A stretch of DNA of 37,235 nucleotides from Octopus bimaculoides. Lineage: Eukaryota. The notes under the pieces were generated by a model that searched no databases, had not been told where the DNA came from, and saw only the letters and a list, made by a program, of their open reading frames with translations. The stretch's first letter is position 1. Every line of letters begins with the position of its first letter. The stretch is from positions 106,334,173-106,371,407 of the forward strand of contig NC_068985.1 in the NCBI RefSeq assembly GCF_001194135.2, in the 5' to 3' direction. Both the position numbers and the translations under genes were made by a program. Of this stretch, positions 1 through 10,965 are shown in pieces.

Positions 1-300
1 ATGCTATATCCCCTTCTATTTCGTTAAATGCTTCAAGTAACTTGTCTCTAAGTCTCTGTCCGTTTGCAGGGTCTTTAAGCTTCCACACCCTTCTTCTCCA
101 AGCCTGTCTAATTCTGGGCACCCATTTTGCCTTGATCCCAAAGTCGCTAACTACTAATCTATGTTGTGGGGTACATTCTTCGCCAGGGTAGGTTTTGGCA
201 TTTATAAGCCGCCCTCTTTCCCTATTTCTGGCGAGGATGTAGTCGATTTGGCTAGAGTGTCTGCCGGAGCGGTAGGTGACTAGGTGACTGGCAGGTTTCC
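1..300 (-). mobile_element. RTE-clade LINE fragment, C-terminal part of the AP endonuclease domain plus linker; runs off the window start
   Basis: My translation of the reverse strand gives KPASHLVTYRSGRHSSQIDYILARN...INAKTYPGEECTPQHRLVVSDF...RRVWKLKD, carrying the APE motifs (QIDY, SDH-equivalent PQH). It is co-linear with the element at 16745 (KPANHLLSYQSGDHASQIDFILIR...NAKIFPGEECTSQHR). Confidence 0.9.
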
Positions 301-702
301 TATTATCTATTTCTTATTCCCTTAAAACTATCAAGAGAAGTTAATATTTTATCAAACTGAAGTCACAGCTTGGTTTTTATTCCCTGATGTAGATATTCTA
401 CTTCACTTATTATGTAAGTGTTTTTCAGAAATATATCATCTTCACCATCATTCTAATGTTCACTTTCCCAAGTTTGCATGAAGCAGATGGGATTCATTGT
501 AGTTTTCTACAGACAGATGCCTTTCCTATTTCTAAGCAAGGTAATAATATTTCCTCATGGCTGGAGATGTTTTTATGGAAGTCTAAAAATGTAGAACTCT
601 TCTTGTATCATGGTGACACTTGTTTATAGCTACCCTGTGAAGCCAAGGCAAGGTGACAGAAACATACACACACACATGTTCATATATGTGTGTGTGTGTG
701 TA

Positions 703-868
703 CAACAGGCTTCTTTCACTTTCCAGCTACCAAATCCACTCACAAGGCTTTGGTTGTTGTAGGACTATGATAGAGAGCACATATCCAAGGTATCATATAG
801 TAGGACTGAACCTGAAACCAGGTGGTTGGAAAGTGAACTTCTTAACCATACAATCATATCTGCACCAT
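703..868 (-). mobile_element. tRNA-type SINE, family A (diverged)
   Basis: Reverse-complement match to the family-A copies at 29923, 30110 and 34185 (ggcttctttca...ctaccaaatccactcacaaggctttgg), with a (GT)n tail on the left. Confidence 0.75.
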
Positions 869-1007
869 GTATGAACACTAGAAATTTATATTTAGAACTC
901 CTGTCTTTGTAATAAACTATTACTAATGTTACTAGTGTAGTAGTGATAGAAAAAGTGCAAATGAAAGATGACCAAACTACTAGCATTATATTTATATAAT
1001 TCCCAAG

Positions 1008-1074
1008 GATTAGTGTCTCGTTTAAGTTCAAAGAATGCCAACGTCGACATATTTCTAATCTGAGCAAGGGAAAC
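1008..1074 (+). CDS. candidate internal exon of an unidentified gene (ISVSFKFKECQRRHISNLSKGN)
   Basis: AG at 1006-1007 after an AT-rich tract, GT (AAC|GTATAA) at 1075, one open frame. No homology recognised. Confidence 0.2.
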
Positions 1075-2854
1075 GTATAAGCTAAAAGGAGTATCATGCT
1101 ACAGTAAAATCCACCACATCCATCATCTTGCAGTATAGTCAACACAAAACATTGTTTTCTATAGTTTGTTTGACCTTCATAGATTACAGAGGCACTTTCT
1201 GTTTCAAGAACTTTTGATCATGTTAGTGTGTCCTTTGTATGTACGTGTTTTGCGTGTGTATTTAAGAGAGAGAGAGTACATAAGAAGTGAATGATAAAAG
1301 GGATAGAGAGCAGGGAAGCATGTGTATGTATAATATGTGTTTTGTGTGTATATTTAATGGATGAGTAAGTTGAGAGAGTGAGAAAATGTGTATAGATACA
1401 TGAGAAAGAATGAAAGATAAAAGATAGCTGAGTGAGACAAAGAGTGCATTTTGTGTGTGTGTTGTGTGTATGAGTGTTTGCATAATGAAAGAGGTATGTA
1501 TATATGTTTGCAGAGAGAGAAAGCGTGTGTAAAGAAGCAGGAGTTGATGGAGAGAAAAAACGAGAGAGAGAGAGGGGGTGGTTGGGTGGGGAAGAGAGTA
1601 ATATCTTGGCAGAATGTGTGTGTGCAACAGTGGCTTGTGATGTTCTGTAAAATAGATTCCCCAAAACTTGGCTCTATACCAACAATATGAAGGGAGATGA
1701 AGTATAATGGTACACACATCAACACAGTTCATATTGGTGGTGGAGGGCTTCTTCTAGCAACGAGGGTGGGATGTTGTCATTATTATCTAATAGTAATCAA
1801 ACAGGGCTATGATCAAAGGAATTTTAGCTGAGACCATTACATCTTTAATTTTCTTTCGGGTACAATATATCTAAGATCATATTAGATAATGTCCCTTCTT
1901 TTTTCAAACTACAGGATGAGATTTTGGATTCAATAAAAAGATCATATAGAGGTTTCCACATTGGCTCAACTTTTTAGAGTTTCTTCTTTTTATTTTGTGT
2001 TTTCAGGTTGTTACTGGCATTTGAGATTTTAGAGATATTCCATGTGATTGAGACTATTAGAGACAAGAATATTTTGCATGGTTACATATGTCTTGTGAAG
2101 GGGTTTGTTGCAGTCATTTTCTGACAGTTTAATATATTCTGAATACTTCCAGATATTAACAAGGATTTACATTTTGCCTCTAAAAAGATGGAATTTTTTT
2201 TTATATGATACACAGAGTAGGAGAGGCAGTGTCCACGACCATTTTGGACCCTTCCTGAATGATGAAGTTGGTATGATTGATGTTTAGCATGGATAACTTT
2301 AGGTCAATGTTTGCAGGAAAAAATATGAGGGAGGTTTATAGTTTACTGAAGAATTGAAATGTTTACAACAAGGTCTGGGACATGAACCAGGGTAAGGAAA
2401 AGCTGATAAAACAATTTGGTATTTTGAGATGGTAATGCGTGATAGTTTGAGAGAGCCAGTAAAGAAAATAAGTGGACATGCTGGATACAATCACTGTTGT
2501 CAAGGTCAACTCCACTTGAACAATCCTAAGGCATAGAAGAGGATTATGAAATGACTGGATGCAGTTAATGGGTTATGTACCTTTGGGTTGTGTCCTGTCT
2601 TCATTCATTCTAGCATTAGGGGTTTCATAATATTTGTTGCCAGTAAGTTCTGACAATGAAGACAATATGTTTGTTAGTTGCCTTTTATTGTGTGCTGTCT
2701 GTACAAGTACTTGTCGATTCATCACATAGTACACTTACCTGAGATATTTCCCTTCTGCTCTATTGTTGAATATACACAATCACTGTCACTAGATTCACCA
2801 TTTCTCTCTGTATATGTTATATATGCTCAGCGTCAGCAAAAGCGAAATCGTGAT

Positions 2855-3180
2855 GGCACCTGTGCCCAGCATCACCTTCCTGGCACGTGTAAAGACATTC
2901 GAGCGAGATCGTTGCCAGTGCAGCTAGACTGGCTCTTGTGCAGGTGGCATGTAAAATACACCATTTTGAGCGTGGCCGTTGCCAGTACCGCCTGACTGGC
3001 CTTCGTGCCCACTACACTCTAGGAGTGGTTGGCGTTAGGAAGGGCATCCAGCTGTAGAAACTCTGCCAAATCAGATTGGAAACTGGTGTAGCCATCTAGT
3101 TCACCAGTCCTCAGTTAAATCGTCCAACCCATGCTAGCATGGAAAGCGGACATTAGACGATGACGATGATGATGATGATG
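2855..3180 (+). mobile_element. RTE LINE 3'-tail fragment or tail-derived short element with (GAT)n end
   Basis: gagtggttggcgttaggaagggcatccagctgtagaaac...gtccaacccatgctagcatggaaagcggac followed by (gat)n. Near-identical to 7515-7704 and 27735-27900, and homologous to the 3' end of the RTE at 16745-18281. Confidence 0.85.
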
Positions 3181-3510
3181 ATATATATTAGAATGACTGA
3201 AATATTAGTCACTGAGGATACCAAATCAGTCTGGTGAACCACTGGTATCCTGAGCAAAGAGCAGTGTTGTTTAACACACAAGCGTCTTTGAGAAGTTACT
3301 GCTAGTGCCATTCCATATCTATATATACATTATAAATGTTATGCATGCCAATATATTAATCCATTGCTGTTTCAAGCTTCTATATAAATATATACATATG
3401 CACATACACACACTTGTGTGTGTATATATATATATTCTTGTATTTGTTTCAGTCATTTGACTGCAGCCATGCTGGAGAACTCTCATAAAGGCTTTTAGTC
3501 AAAGAAACTA

Positions 3511-3620
3511 AGGCTTTGGTTACCCCCAAGGCTATAGTAGAAGACACTTGCCCAAGCTGACACGCAGTGGGACTGAACATACAGCTGAGAAGCAAGCTTC
3601 TTACCACACAGCCACACCCG
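3511..3620 (-). mobile_element. SINE family A, partial
   Basis: ggctatagtagaagacacttgcccaag...cagtgggactgaac...aagcttcttaccacacagccac is the reverse complement of the family-A head. Confidence 0.8.
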
Positions 3621-3659
3621 ATGTATGTATGTATATAGAATCATCATCACTACCATCTT

Positions 3660-3795
3660 CGAATGTGTCTTTCATGCTGGCATGGGCTGGCTGGTTTGAC
3701 AGGCTTATCAGAGGACTGCAATATCTGTTGGATGCCCTTCCTAATGCCAACCACTTTACAGAGTGTGCTGGGTGCTGTCTACCTGGCATCAGCCA
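3660..3795 (-). mobile_element. RTE 3'-tail fragment (diverged)
   Basis: ctggcatgggctggctggtttgac...ggatgcccttcctaatgccaaccactttacagagtg is the reverse complement of the RTE tail. Confidence 0.75.
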
Positions 3796-3888
3796 CAGAA
3801 AAGCACTCATTGAGGTTGCTGTATTTATGCTGGGTGATGAGATATTAAGTATAAAGGAACAGATCAGAATGAGTTTCTTGCTGTAGAG

Positions 3889-3960
3889 CAGGGGTTGGGA
3901 AATTTTTAAGTGTGGCTGGCAAAAATTTCCAATGGAAAAAGTCCGCGGGTGGGCCACAAG
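3889..3960. mobile_element. possible hAT-type MITE left end
   Basis: Starts CAGGGGTTGGGAAA, a hAT-like terminus. No clear right TIR or TSD found. Confidence 0.3.
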
Positions 3961-5074
3961 TTCTAACTCTTATATCTGTGTAAATCTTGTATATATCTAT
4001 GTATAATTTGAGATACATTAATAAAGGTAAGTTTAACACATCAAATTAATGCATAACATCTTCATTAACGCCACCACTGAATTTAGGACGTTTATATTAC
4101 TTACACAGTATTCTATATTTTTCAGTTAGAGTGTAGTTGGGTCTCAAGAGGGTGGTACAAACCTAGCAATATGTGTTTTATAGTGAAAATAAAATTTCCG
4201 ATCAAATGGCAATTAGCAGACGATTTCTGTTCAAGTCCAACCATTTTAAGTTGTAGTGGAAAAGCGACCTATGTCGCAAATAGGCATACAAATATTGTAT
4301 AAATTTTATAATTGAAAAATTTATTATATTTTGTATATATGAGTATATCGGCCTGCAGGCACAATAGAATGTGCTCATGTTGTAGAGGATATACATAGCA
4401 GCTCATATTATACAAGAGAGGGTATAAGTAAGTGACCAGTGTGGAGCTGTAAAGTGATAAAAATAAAATGTAGGGAGGAGATTTTAAGGAGGACTCTCAA
4501 GGTACAAGGTGAGTATTAGTGAGAGGGGACAGAACAGTGGGTGGGTGAGCAGATGAGAATGTTGCAGCAGAGTTTTCTGCATTTAGAAACCCTTCCTGAC
4601 ACCAACCCTCACCTGCATTCAAGCAAGGGAATACCCCCTCATCTTTGGTGTCTACCAAACAACAGCTCAGTCATGTTTACATGGAGAAGTAAAAACAAAT
4701 AACATCATTTGAATGAACCTTTTGTTTACAGAAACCACACAACTTGTCAAGAAGCCTGGTAGGGACTCCACCTACATAATTCTTTCTTTGCTACAGTATT
4801 GAACAAAAACCATTTTAATTCTAGTAAACATAATCTGTTCACCTTTTCAATCACCACAGCTTCCATCCCATAGAGGAAACACTGAACTAAACATTACAAG
4901 ACATTGAGTAGTACAATACAACAATTCCAACAAACATAGCATAAGGTACATGACCCATGGACTTCAACCTGTTACTTCATTATTCTCTTCTGGGTTACAG
5001 GATTGTTTAAACAGAGCTGACAACAACAATTATCTCCAACAACTCTACTTTTCTTTTTACAAGTAGAGGTGTCT

Positions 5075-5190
5075 CTGCAAGGTCAATCAACTTGCTAGAA
5101 ACAGAAGCCAAAAGTCCTTTATATCACACACTACCACCCAAATAAATGCAGTGGGCACATTTGATAATGTAATCCAGAATACACTATCTT
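5075..5190. repeat. unclassified interspersed repeat; related copies near 8168-8268, 8893-8968, 13955-14060 and 27040-27125
   Basis: The motif acttgctagaaa..gcagccaaa...aaatcacacc..accgtcttaaaaaa..ggac(ac)attggataatgt recurs at least five times in the window. Confidence 0.6.
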
Positions 5191-5194
5191 TTAT

Positions 5195-5395
5195 CTTTTA
5201 CTAGTTTCAATCATTGAATTGTGGTCATGCTGGGGTGGGTATTGCCATGAAGGAGTTTTAGTCAAACAGATTGACTCCAGGACTTATTTATTAAAGTCTG
5301 GTACTTATGCTATTGGTTTATTTTGCTAAGCTCCTAAGATCCAGGGATGTAAACAAACCAACACTGGTTGTTAAGTAGTGTGGTGGTGGAAGCAC
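5195..5395 (-). mobile_element. SINE family B
   Basis: tttcaatcatt...ggtcatgctgg...ttttagtcaaacagattgactccaggactta...ggtacttat...gtaaacaaaccaacactggttgttaag. Reverse complement of 30795-30975 and the same as 33410-33595. Confidence 0.75.
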
Positions 5396-5407
5396 ACACA
5401 CACACAC

Positions 5408-5556
5408 AACAGCTTCCACTTACCAAATTCACTCACAAGGCATTGGTTGGTGTGGGGCTGTAGTAGAAAACACATAGCCAAAGTACTATACAGAACATGT
5501 ATAGGGAGTCACATTGTTGTAAAATGAGTTTCTTAACGACACAGCTATGCCTGCCT
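5408..5556 (-). mobile_element. SINE family A (diverged)
   Basis: ccaaattcactcacaaggcattgg...tagtagaaaacac...ttcttaacgacacagcta. Confidence 0.7.
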
Positions 5557-5889
5557 AAAAGAAATAAACAGAAGAGGGAGATGGGGACAAATGGAATAAT
5601 CAAAGCTTGAATGCTTTTGATCCCAGAGATCTGCTTAATCTGGGGCAAAACCAGTGTTTCTCATAAGTGGTACAACTACAAAAACTTAAAAAAGAGGGCA
5701 GTTATTTAATAAAATTAAGATGGTTTCTGACGTTTTAAATTTTGTTAAACACTTTGGTTAAAAAAAGAATTACATACTTGCAAAACAAATTTTGTCATCT
5801 TATTAATAAAAATGAGGAAAGGTAGCAAAAACATTTTACATTTTGAGGAGGCTGGTATATGTTAGTTTGAGAAGCATTAAACTCTAAAT

Positions 5890-6338
5890 CAGTGGTTCTC
5901 AACCATTTTTTATCTACGGGCCCCACTGCATGTCGAGCGCCTTTGGGCGACCCTTGGTCAAGAACAGTGTCGGTTGGGGAGTTTGACTGGGGCGGTACGT
6001 CTGTCAAACGGTAACGCAGGTGTCCCAAGGCGAGCTCAGCGTGGACGGAAACCACACATCGAGCAAAAGAGCAAAAAGCTCGCTCGATCTCAATGTTCAA
6101 AAACTAGTTTTATAGATACTTCTTTCAAAATTCTTGCTTTTCACACTTTCACTTGTGTTGTTTGAACTATGTAAAACATTAAAGCTGTTTCTTGCAATAC
6201 ATACATTTAAAACATAATTTTTTCAGAGGCCCTTAATATACTATCTTGGATCCTCAATTTACTATTTTGTTGGGTGGATACCCAAAAATCTTATACAGAA
6301 CATCAGGGTTCATGTGGATCCCAGTCGAGAAACCACTG
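5890..6338 (+). mobile_element. hAT (Charlie/MER5-like) MITE with a captured 28S rRNA fragment
   Basis: TIRs CAGTGGTTCTCAAC (5890) and gtcgagaAACCACTG (ends 6338). Perfect 8-bp TSD CTCTAAAT at 5882-5889 and 6339-6346. The body matches the MITE at 23553-23884. Confidence 0.9.
5925..6090 (+). pseudogene. 28S rRNA (fragment): 28S (LSU) rRNA fragment, domain V region including the P-loop; non-functional
   Basis: acagtgtc..tggggagtttgactggggcggtac.tctgtcaaacggtaacgcaggtgtcc.aaggcgagctcag...gagcaaaag.gcaaaa(a)gctcgct.gatct matches the universally conserved animal LSU sequence. Positions 5960-6090 are clear; 5925-5959 is assigned only by exclusion from the MITE. Confidence 0.92.
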
Positions 6339-6474
6339 CTCTAAATAAACAAGCGACAGTTCAATGCAAGGGCAATAACTTGTACATACTCCCCATTTGC
6401 AAAAGAAACTACTATCGGTGAATATGTGTGGTGTCATTTTCCTTTACTCATATCAGTTCTCCTCTTCATTTCAG

Positions 6475-6561
6475 TAATGTCAAAGAATTCAAGCAATTTG
6501 ATATATGTTCAGAAAAATGTCAGGACTCTATACAAGTTTCTGTCACACTGAATTTGATCAG
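6475..6561 (+). CDS. candidate 87-nt phase 2-2 internal exon (NVKEFKQFDICSEKCQDSIQVSVTLNLI) of an unidentified gene
   Basis: Strong polypyrimidine acceptor (ttctcctcttcatttcAG|), donor CAG|GTATTA, length divisible by 3, and only one frame open. Confidence 0.45.
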
Positions 6562-6739
6562 GTATTATTCATCTGTAAAGTATGTTTGTAGAGTAGGAAG
6601 GATATCTATTTGTTTTCTTCTCTTTATTTTGTTTTAGCTAAAACTAATCTATTTCAGAGATAAGGAATTATATCCTCCTCATTTAAAGTACACTTCTCCA
6701 TGCTTGCATGGGTCAGACAGAATTTGTTGAGGCAGATTT

Positions 6740-6850
6740 TCTGAATCCAGATGATTTTCTTGTCAACGTCTTTCACCTATTTCCAAGCAAGGTAATATGT
6801 TTCCATAGCCAGACATGTTTTCATGGAAGATTAGAAACAAACACCACTTG
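6740..6850 (-). mobile_element. RTE-tail-related repeat fragment (diverged; similar copies near 470-560, 15520-15625 (+), 18905-19060 and 31705-31830)
   Basis: gcagattttctg..tccagatg..tttcttgtc...caaggtaatat.ttcc...cagacatgttttc; the reverse-strand form of the ggaagggcatcc...ctg tail. Confidence 0.55.
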
Positions 6851-6927
6851 TACGATGGTGATGCTCGTTTACAACTATGATGCAAAGACAAGAGTACACA
6901 CAAACATATATGTATATATATATATAT

Positions 6928-7045
6928 ATGATGGACTCCTTTCAGTTTACCAAATCCACTCACAGGACTTTGGTCAGCCTGGGACTATAGTAAAAAAACA
7001 CTTGCCCATATGGTTGGAAAACAAGCTTCTCAAACACACAACAGT
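6928..7045 (-). mobile_element. SINE family A (internally deleted)
   Basis: ccttcagtttaccaaatccactcacaggactttggtcagcctgggactatagtaaaaaaacacttgccc|atatggttggaaaacaagcttctc. Confidence 0.8.
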
Positions 7046-7129
7046 GTCTTCATCTTGGTTATAATAGTGATGTTTCAGCTGTTTAGAATTTCAAACCAAA
7101 TCCATTATTAAATCCAGGGAATAACCTGA

Positions 7130-7340
7130 CATGCCTATGCACCCTTTCTTCTTCATGGCTCATTTAACGTCCACTTTTCTGTTTTCTTGCATCTTACTCT
7201 GTGTATTGCACTTGCACATTTTTTGCCATCATTGCCACCTTTCTTTACTTGACTTATTGTTCCTTTCTGTTCTCCATTTTACCTTTTTCAGTGAGTTGTA
7301 GTGCATCTGACCAGTGTATCCAATAAGCTCATTATTATTA
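7130..7340 (+). mobile_element. probable CR1/L2-type LINE 3' UTR remnant
   Basis: Ends tgagttgtagtgcatctga...caataagctcattattatta, matching the end of the CR1-like piece at 9480-9800, with an (att)n tail. Confidence 0.45.
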
Positions 7341-7361
7341 AAATTCTATATTTTTATCCTA

Positions 7362-7512
7362 TTGGTTGTGTCATTAAAAAGTTTGTTTCCCAACCACATG
7401 GTTTTGAGTTCAAGACCTACTGTGCAACACTTTAGGCAAGTGTCTTCTACTACAGACCTAGGTTGACCAAAACTTTGTGAATTGATTTTATACTGAAACT
7501 GAAAGAAGCCTG
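7362..7512 (+). mobile_element. SINE family A
   Basis: tttcccaaccacatggttttgagttcaag...ggcaagtgtcttctactac...gaaactgaaagaagcc. Confidence 0.8.
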
Positions 7513-7514
7513 GT

Positions 7515-7704
7515 TTTGTGCGGGTGACACGTAAAAGCACCCACTACACTCTCTGAGTGGTTGGCGTTAGGAAGGGCATCCAGCTGTAGAAACTCTGCCA
7601 AATTAGATTGGAGCCTGGTGTAGCCATCCGGTTGCACCAGTCCTCAGTCAAATCGTCCAACCCATGCTAGCATGGAAAGCGGACGTTAAACGATGATGAT
7701 GATA
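7515..7704 (+). mobile_element. RTE 3'-tail element, well conserved, with (GAT)n end
   Basis: ggtgacacgtaaaagcacccactacactctctgagtggttggcgttaggaagggcatccagctgtagaaac...ggacgttaaacgatgatgatgat. Confidence 0.88.
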
Positions 7705-8488
7705 TATATCTAATTGTTTGACTGACTAGAACTAATACCTCATCCTCTTAAACAGAAGGAACAATACATTGGATGATGTAGTCCTGAATATTCTGTATCT
7801 GAACAAAAGAAATGGTCACAACTTGGATGCCTCTGACTATATACATCGACTTGATCAAAGCTGACTGGGATGAAATAAAACCTATCAGTCTCTTCTCTTG
7901 CTTTGGTTCTTCACTGACCCACTGACTCTTCAAATATACTTGATCTGTTCCTCACTTTTAAACACAACTTTTATTCGTCCATGATCTACTTTGTACATTA
8001 AGCGTTATCGCTATTACCTCCCTACACCTACTCACACGAAAACATCCCATAAAAGCCACAGTATGAAGCACATCTGGTAACCTAAGTTAGCCAATTGGAC
8101 AATCTTATGTAAAATAGTTGTTAATATAGATACTAATTTCTGTTTTATACAAAAGCGAGTCCTTACGGTCACCCAACCTACTAAATATAGCAGCCAAAAA
8201 TATCCCACAAATTTCCGCTTACTATCTTAAAAAAAAAAGACAGGAACACATTGGATAATTTAGTCTTCATCCCTTCTGGATCAATAAAATAAGTGTTAGT
8301 AATGTAGTGATGTCAACTCAATAGACTATACACCACTTCTTAGAAATCTCCATCGTTAAGCCAAAGTTTAAAATCCTTAACACCACCACCAGGCTCTAAG
8401 GAAATAAGTGGCATTGTGTGTCAGTAGAAATCAAAGAAATTAACTTCACAAAATTACATGCCACAAGAAGACAATTATAGGGTTTCAG

Positions 8489-8644
8489 ACAGGAGCCTTA
8501 TTCGAATAGAAAAAAGATCAAGGGTTTTAATCCTAGAATTCACACTAATTTTGTGAAATTTAGAAATAATTTTATTCCGTTTGAATCTGGAATTTGGGCT
8601 GGGCGTTTAGTTATTTTTGCCTTTACTGCTCAGTATCATAGCAG
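8489..8644 (+). CDS. candidate 156-nt phase 2-2 exon (QEPYSNRKKIKGFNPRIHTNFVKFRNNFIPFESGIWAGRLVIFAFTAQYHS)
   Basis: Strong donor CAG|GTAACA at 8644/8645, and 52 open codons in AT-rich DNA. The acceptor tttcAG has a weak pyrimidine tract. Phase-compatible with 6475-6561. Confidence 0.35.
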
Positions 8645-8969
8645 GTAACAGAACAATTCTTGAGATGGGATACGCCAAGATATCTCACAACTTAGTGGGT
8701 TGTTGTAGTACCATTGAAGACTAATATTTGATGCAGTATTGTTACAATGATTCAATAAGAGCCTATCTTTCTTTCTAAGTGATACCTATGCCTATGTTAG
8801 GATTTGAACTTAGCATTGCAAATTAATAAAACATCTATATAACATTGGCAACAAAGATGGGTAATAGGAGTGGGGGATATTATGCAGTCTTTTTTACAAT
8901 ACCAGCCAAATTTTCACAAATCACACCATTCTGTCTAAAAAATAAGGAAGGACATTGGATAATATCGTC

Positions 8970-9204
8970 CAGTAGTTCTCAATCAGGGACCATATGACTC
9001 TTGGGGGTCCATGTAAAATTTTGTTGTTAAAAATCATGTGCAATAAATTAGTTCTGCAATACACAAAATATCTTAACAATTTTTTGATTTAATTATAACA
9101 ATATAATAGGATTTTTTTTTAAACATTGAATAGCTCTGATGGTCTATTCAATTAAAATTGGAATATATGGGGGTCTATAGGTAAAAAATGGTTGAGAACC
9201 TCTG
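8970..9204 (-). mobile_element. hAT MITE, related to the 5890 and 23553 family, opposite orientation
   Basis: TIR-like ends CAGTAGTTCTCAATC and aaaaaatGGTTGAGAACCTCTG. No clean TSD. Confidence 0.7.
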
Positions 9205-9479
9205 AAACAGTCCAAGATATACAAAAAGTTGTGATGTCCAAGGCTGGCAGGTTTTATCGTAGTTCTGGTAACCAAAGATAAACAATAACAACAACAGTAC
9301 AATTGCTGTTTCCAGCTTAGTAGTGGGGGGTGGGGCATCTGAAGGAACCTATTCGCAGTTAGATGAACTGGACCAGTGAAAATTAAAAAATACTGACCAT
9401 GAACACATAGCAGTGGTAGTGATGGGATATGAATTGATAACCGATCTGTTAATCAACAGACATCCTATCAATTCAGCCA

Positions 9480-9800
9480 ATTTGTCACTTCTACCACCCA
9501 TGGACATGCTTATAAAATAAAAAAAAAATTAAAAAAAGTACAACACTCATGACTATCACAAACTTTTCCCATTCAAAATTGTTAAAGCTTGGAACAAGCT
9601 ACTCACATTGGTTTTTAGTTGTCAAGACACTACATCCTTAAAAATACCATGCTTCCTGAAATTCACCAGTATTACTGACGTACCTATGTCCCCTGTCATT
9701 GTTCCCTCTATGACTCTTTTAGCGTTCCCTTTTCTGTCTTTCTAACCTCTTTGATCCGGTTCTGATGAATTGTAGTGCACCGAATACAATAAGCTCATTG
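9480..9800 (+). mobile_element. CR1/L2-type LINE 3' end (degenerate)
   Basis: Broken translation THGHAYKI...PFKIVKAWNKL resembles the CR1 ORF2 C-terminus (TRGH..K....F..RVV..WN.L). Confidence 0.6.
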
Positions 9801-10528
9801 AATGCAAAGAGAATTTTTGAGAGTTTTTTTTTTCCATCTTTGTGGACAAATTTTGTTTGGGAGAATTTATTGTTAAACCTCGTCACTCGAACAACCTTGG
9901 AGGTAAAAGTTATATAGAAAAATAAACTGTTCAACTTGGTGGAATAATTAAATAAGTAATATAATGAATGATAATAGCAGATATAACAACAACAAAATTA
10001 TCATAATAATAATAATAATACTTTGTATAACATACATTAAATATAACAGTAGAAACATTTCTGCTGACTTGTTCTGAGTTTCTGTCTCTGGAATGGTACA
10101 ATCATGTTGATGCATGTTTGTGTGAGCGTGTAGGTTGACAGATTATATAGGTAGGTAAGTATATAATAAATAGTTAATAAATAGATAGGTAGGCAGAGAA
10201 AGAGGTAGGTAACGGACATTTTCATTCAAATATTGAACATTGAAAACAGTAGTGTGATAAAGACAGATACACTAACAGAGCGGTTGTTACTGTTCAGTTC
10301 CGGTTGAGTAGAGCATGAGCGAAGTCTTTCCAGCCATGACCATCCTATCTACTTTCAGGAACAGTGTATCTTTGATTATGTTATTCAATGTGTCTTTCCC
10401 TCTCCACCACTTTTTGAAGTGGCAGAATATCATTCGGAGGAAAATTTGACAAAGATCGGATAGATTTCTGAGAGGTAGGAGAAATAGAATTATAGGCATA
10501 GAAATTATATATATATATATATATATAT

Positions 10529-10729
10529 NNNNNNNNNNNNNNNNNNNNNNNNNNNNNNNNNNNNNNNNNNNNNNNNNNNNNNNNNNNNNNNNNNNNNNNN
10601 NNNNNNNNNNNNNNNNNNNNNNNNNNNNNNNNNNNNNNNNNNNNNNNNNNNNNNNNNNNNNNNNNNNNNNNNNNNNNNNNNNNNNNNNNNNNNNNNNNNN
10701 NNNNNNNNNNNNNNNNNNNNNNNNNNNNN
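10529..10729. other. assembly gap (N run); further gaps at 19087-19193, 28730-29651, 30288-30387 and 34952-34976
   Basis: N runs, most abutting (TA)n microsatellites. Confidence 1.
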
Positions 10730-10965
10730 AGATGTATGTAAACGTAACAAGTAGAAAAGCAGAAACAAGGGTTGTATGTACTTACAGAGAGGCAGTCAGA
10801 CCTCTGAGAAGGAGAAAGCATTTGTTAAAAACAGTTCCTAAATTTCATATTTTTGCTTTTTCTTTTTTTAAACATACACACATAAATATATTTTAAAACA
10901 AGAAAGGTAAGAAGTTATACCATGCTTTGTGATTAGTACAAACAATAATCTAGAGTCATTTATAG

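Noticed and set aside
1218-1732. Overlapping 120-156 aa ORFs
   Set aside because: They arise from GT/GA-rich low-complexity sequence (His/Thr/Leu/Ser bias) with no domain motifs.
1900-2660. Possible highly decayed Penelope/LINE coding remnant on the minus strand (KLSQCGN-like text)
   Set aside because: Motifs are too fragmentary to support; no continuous frame.
5925-6090. Functional rRNA gene or rDNA array
   Set aside because: Only ~165 bp, embedded in a MITE, with no flanking rDNA.
10381-10821. ORFs spanning N runs (also 18972-19199, 28601-29877, 30180-30432)
   Set aside because: Artefacts of translating assembly gaps as X.
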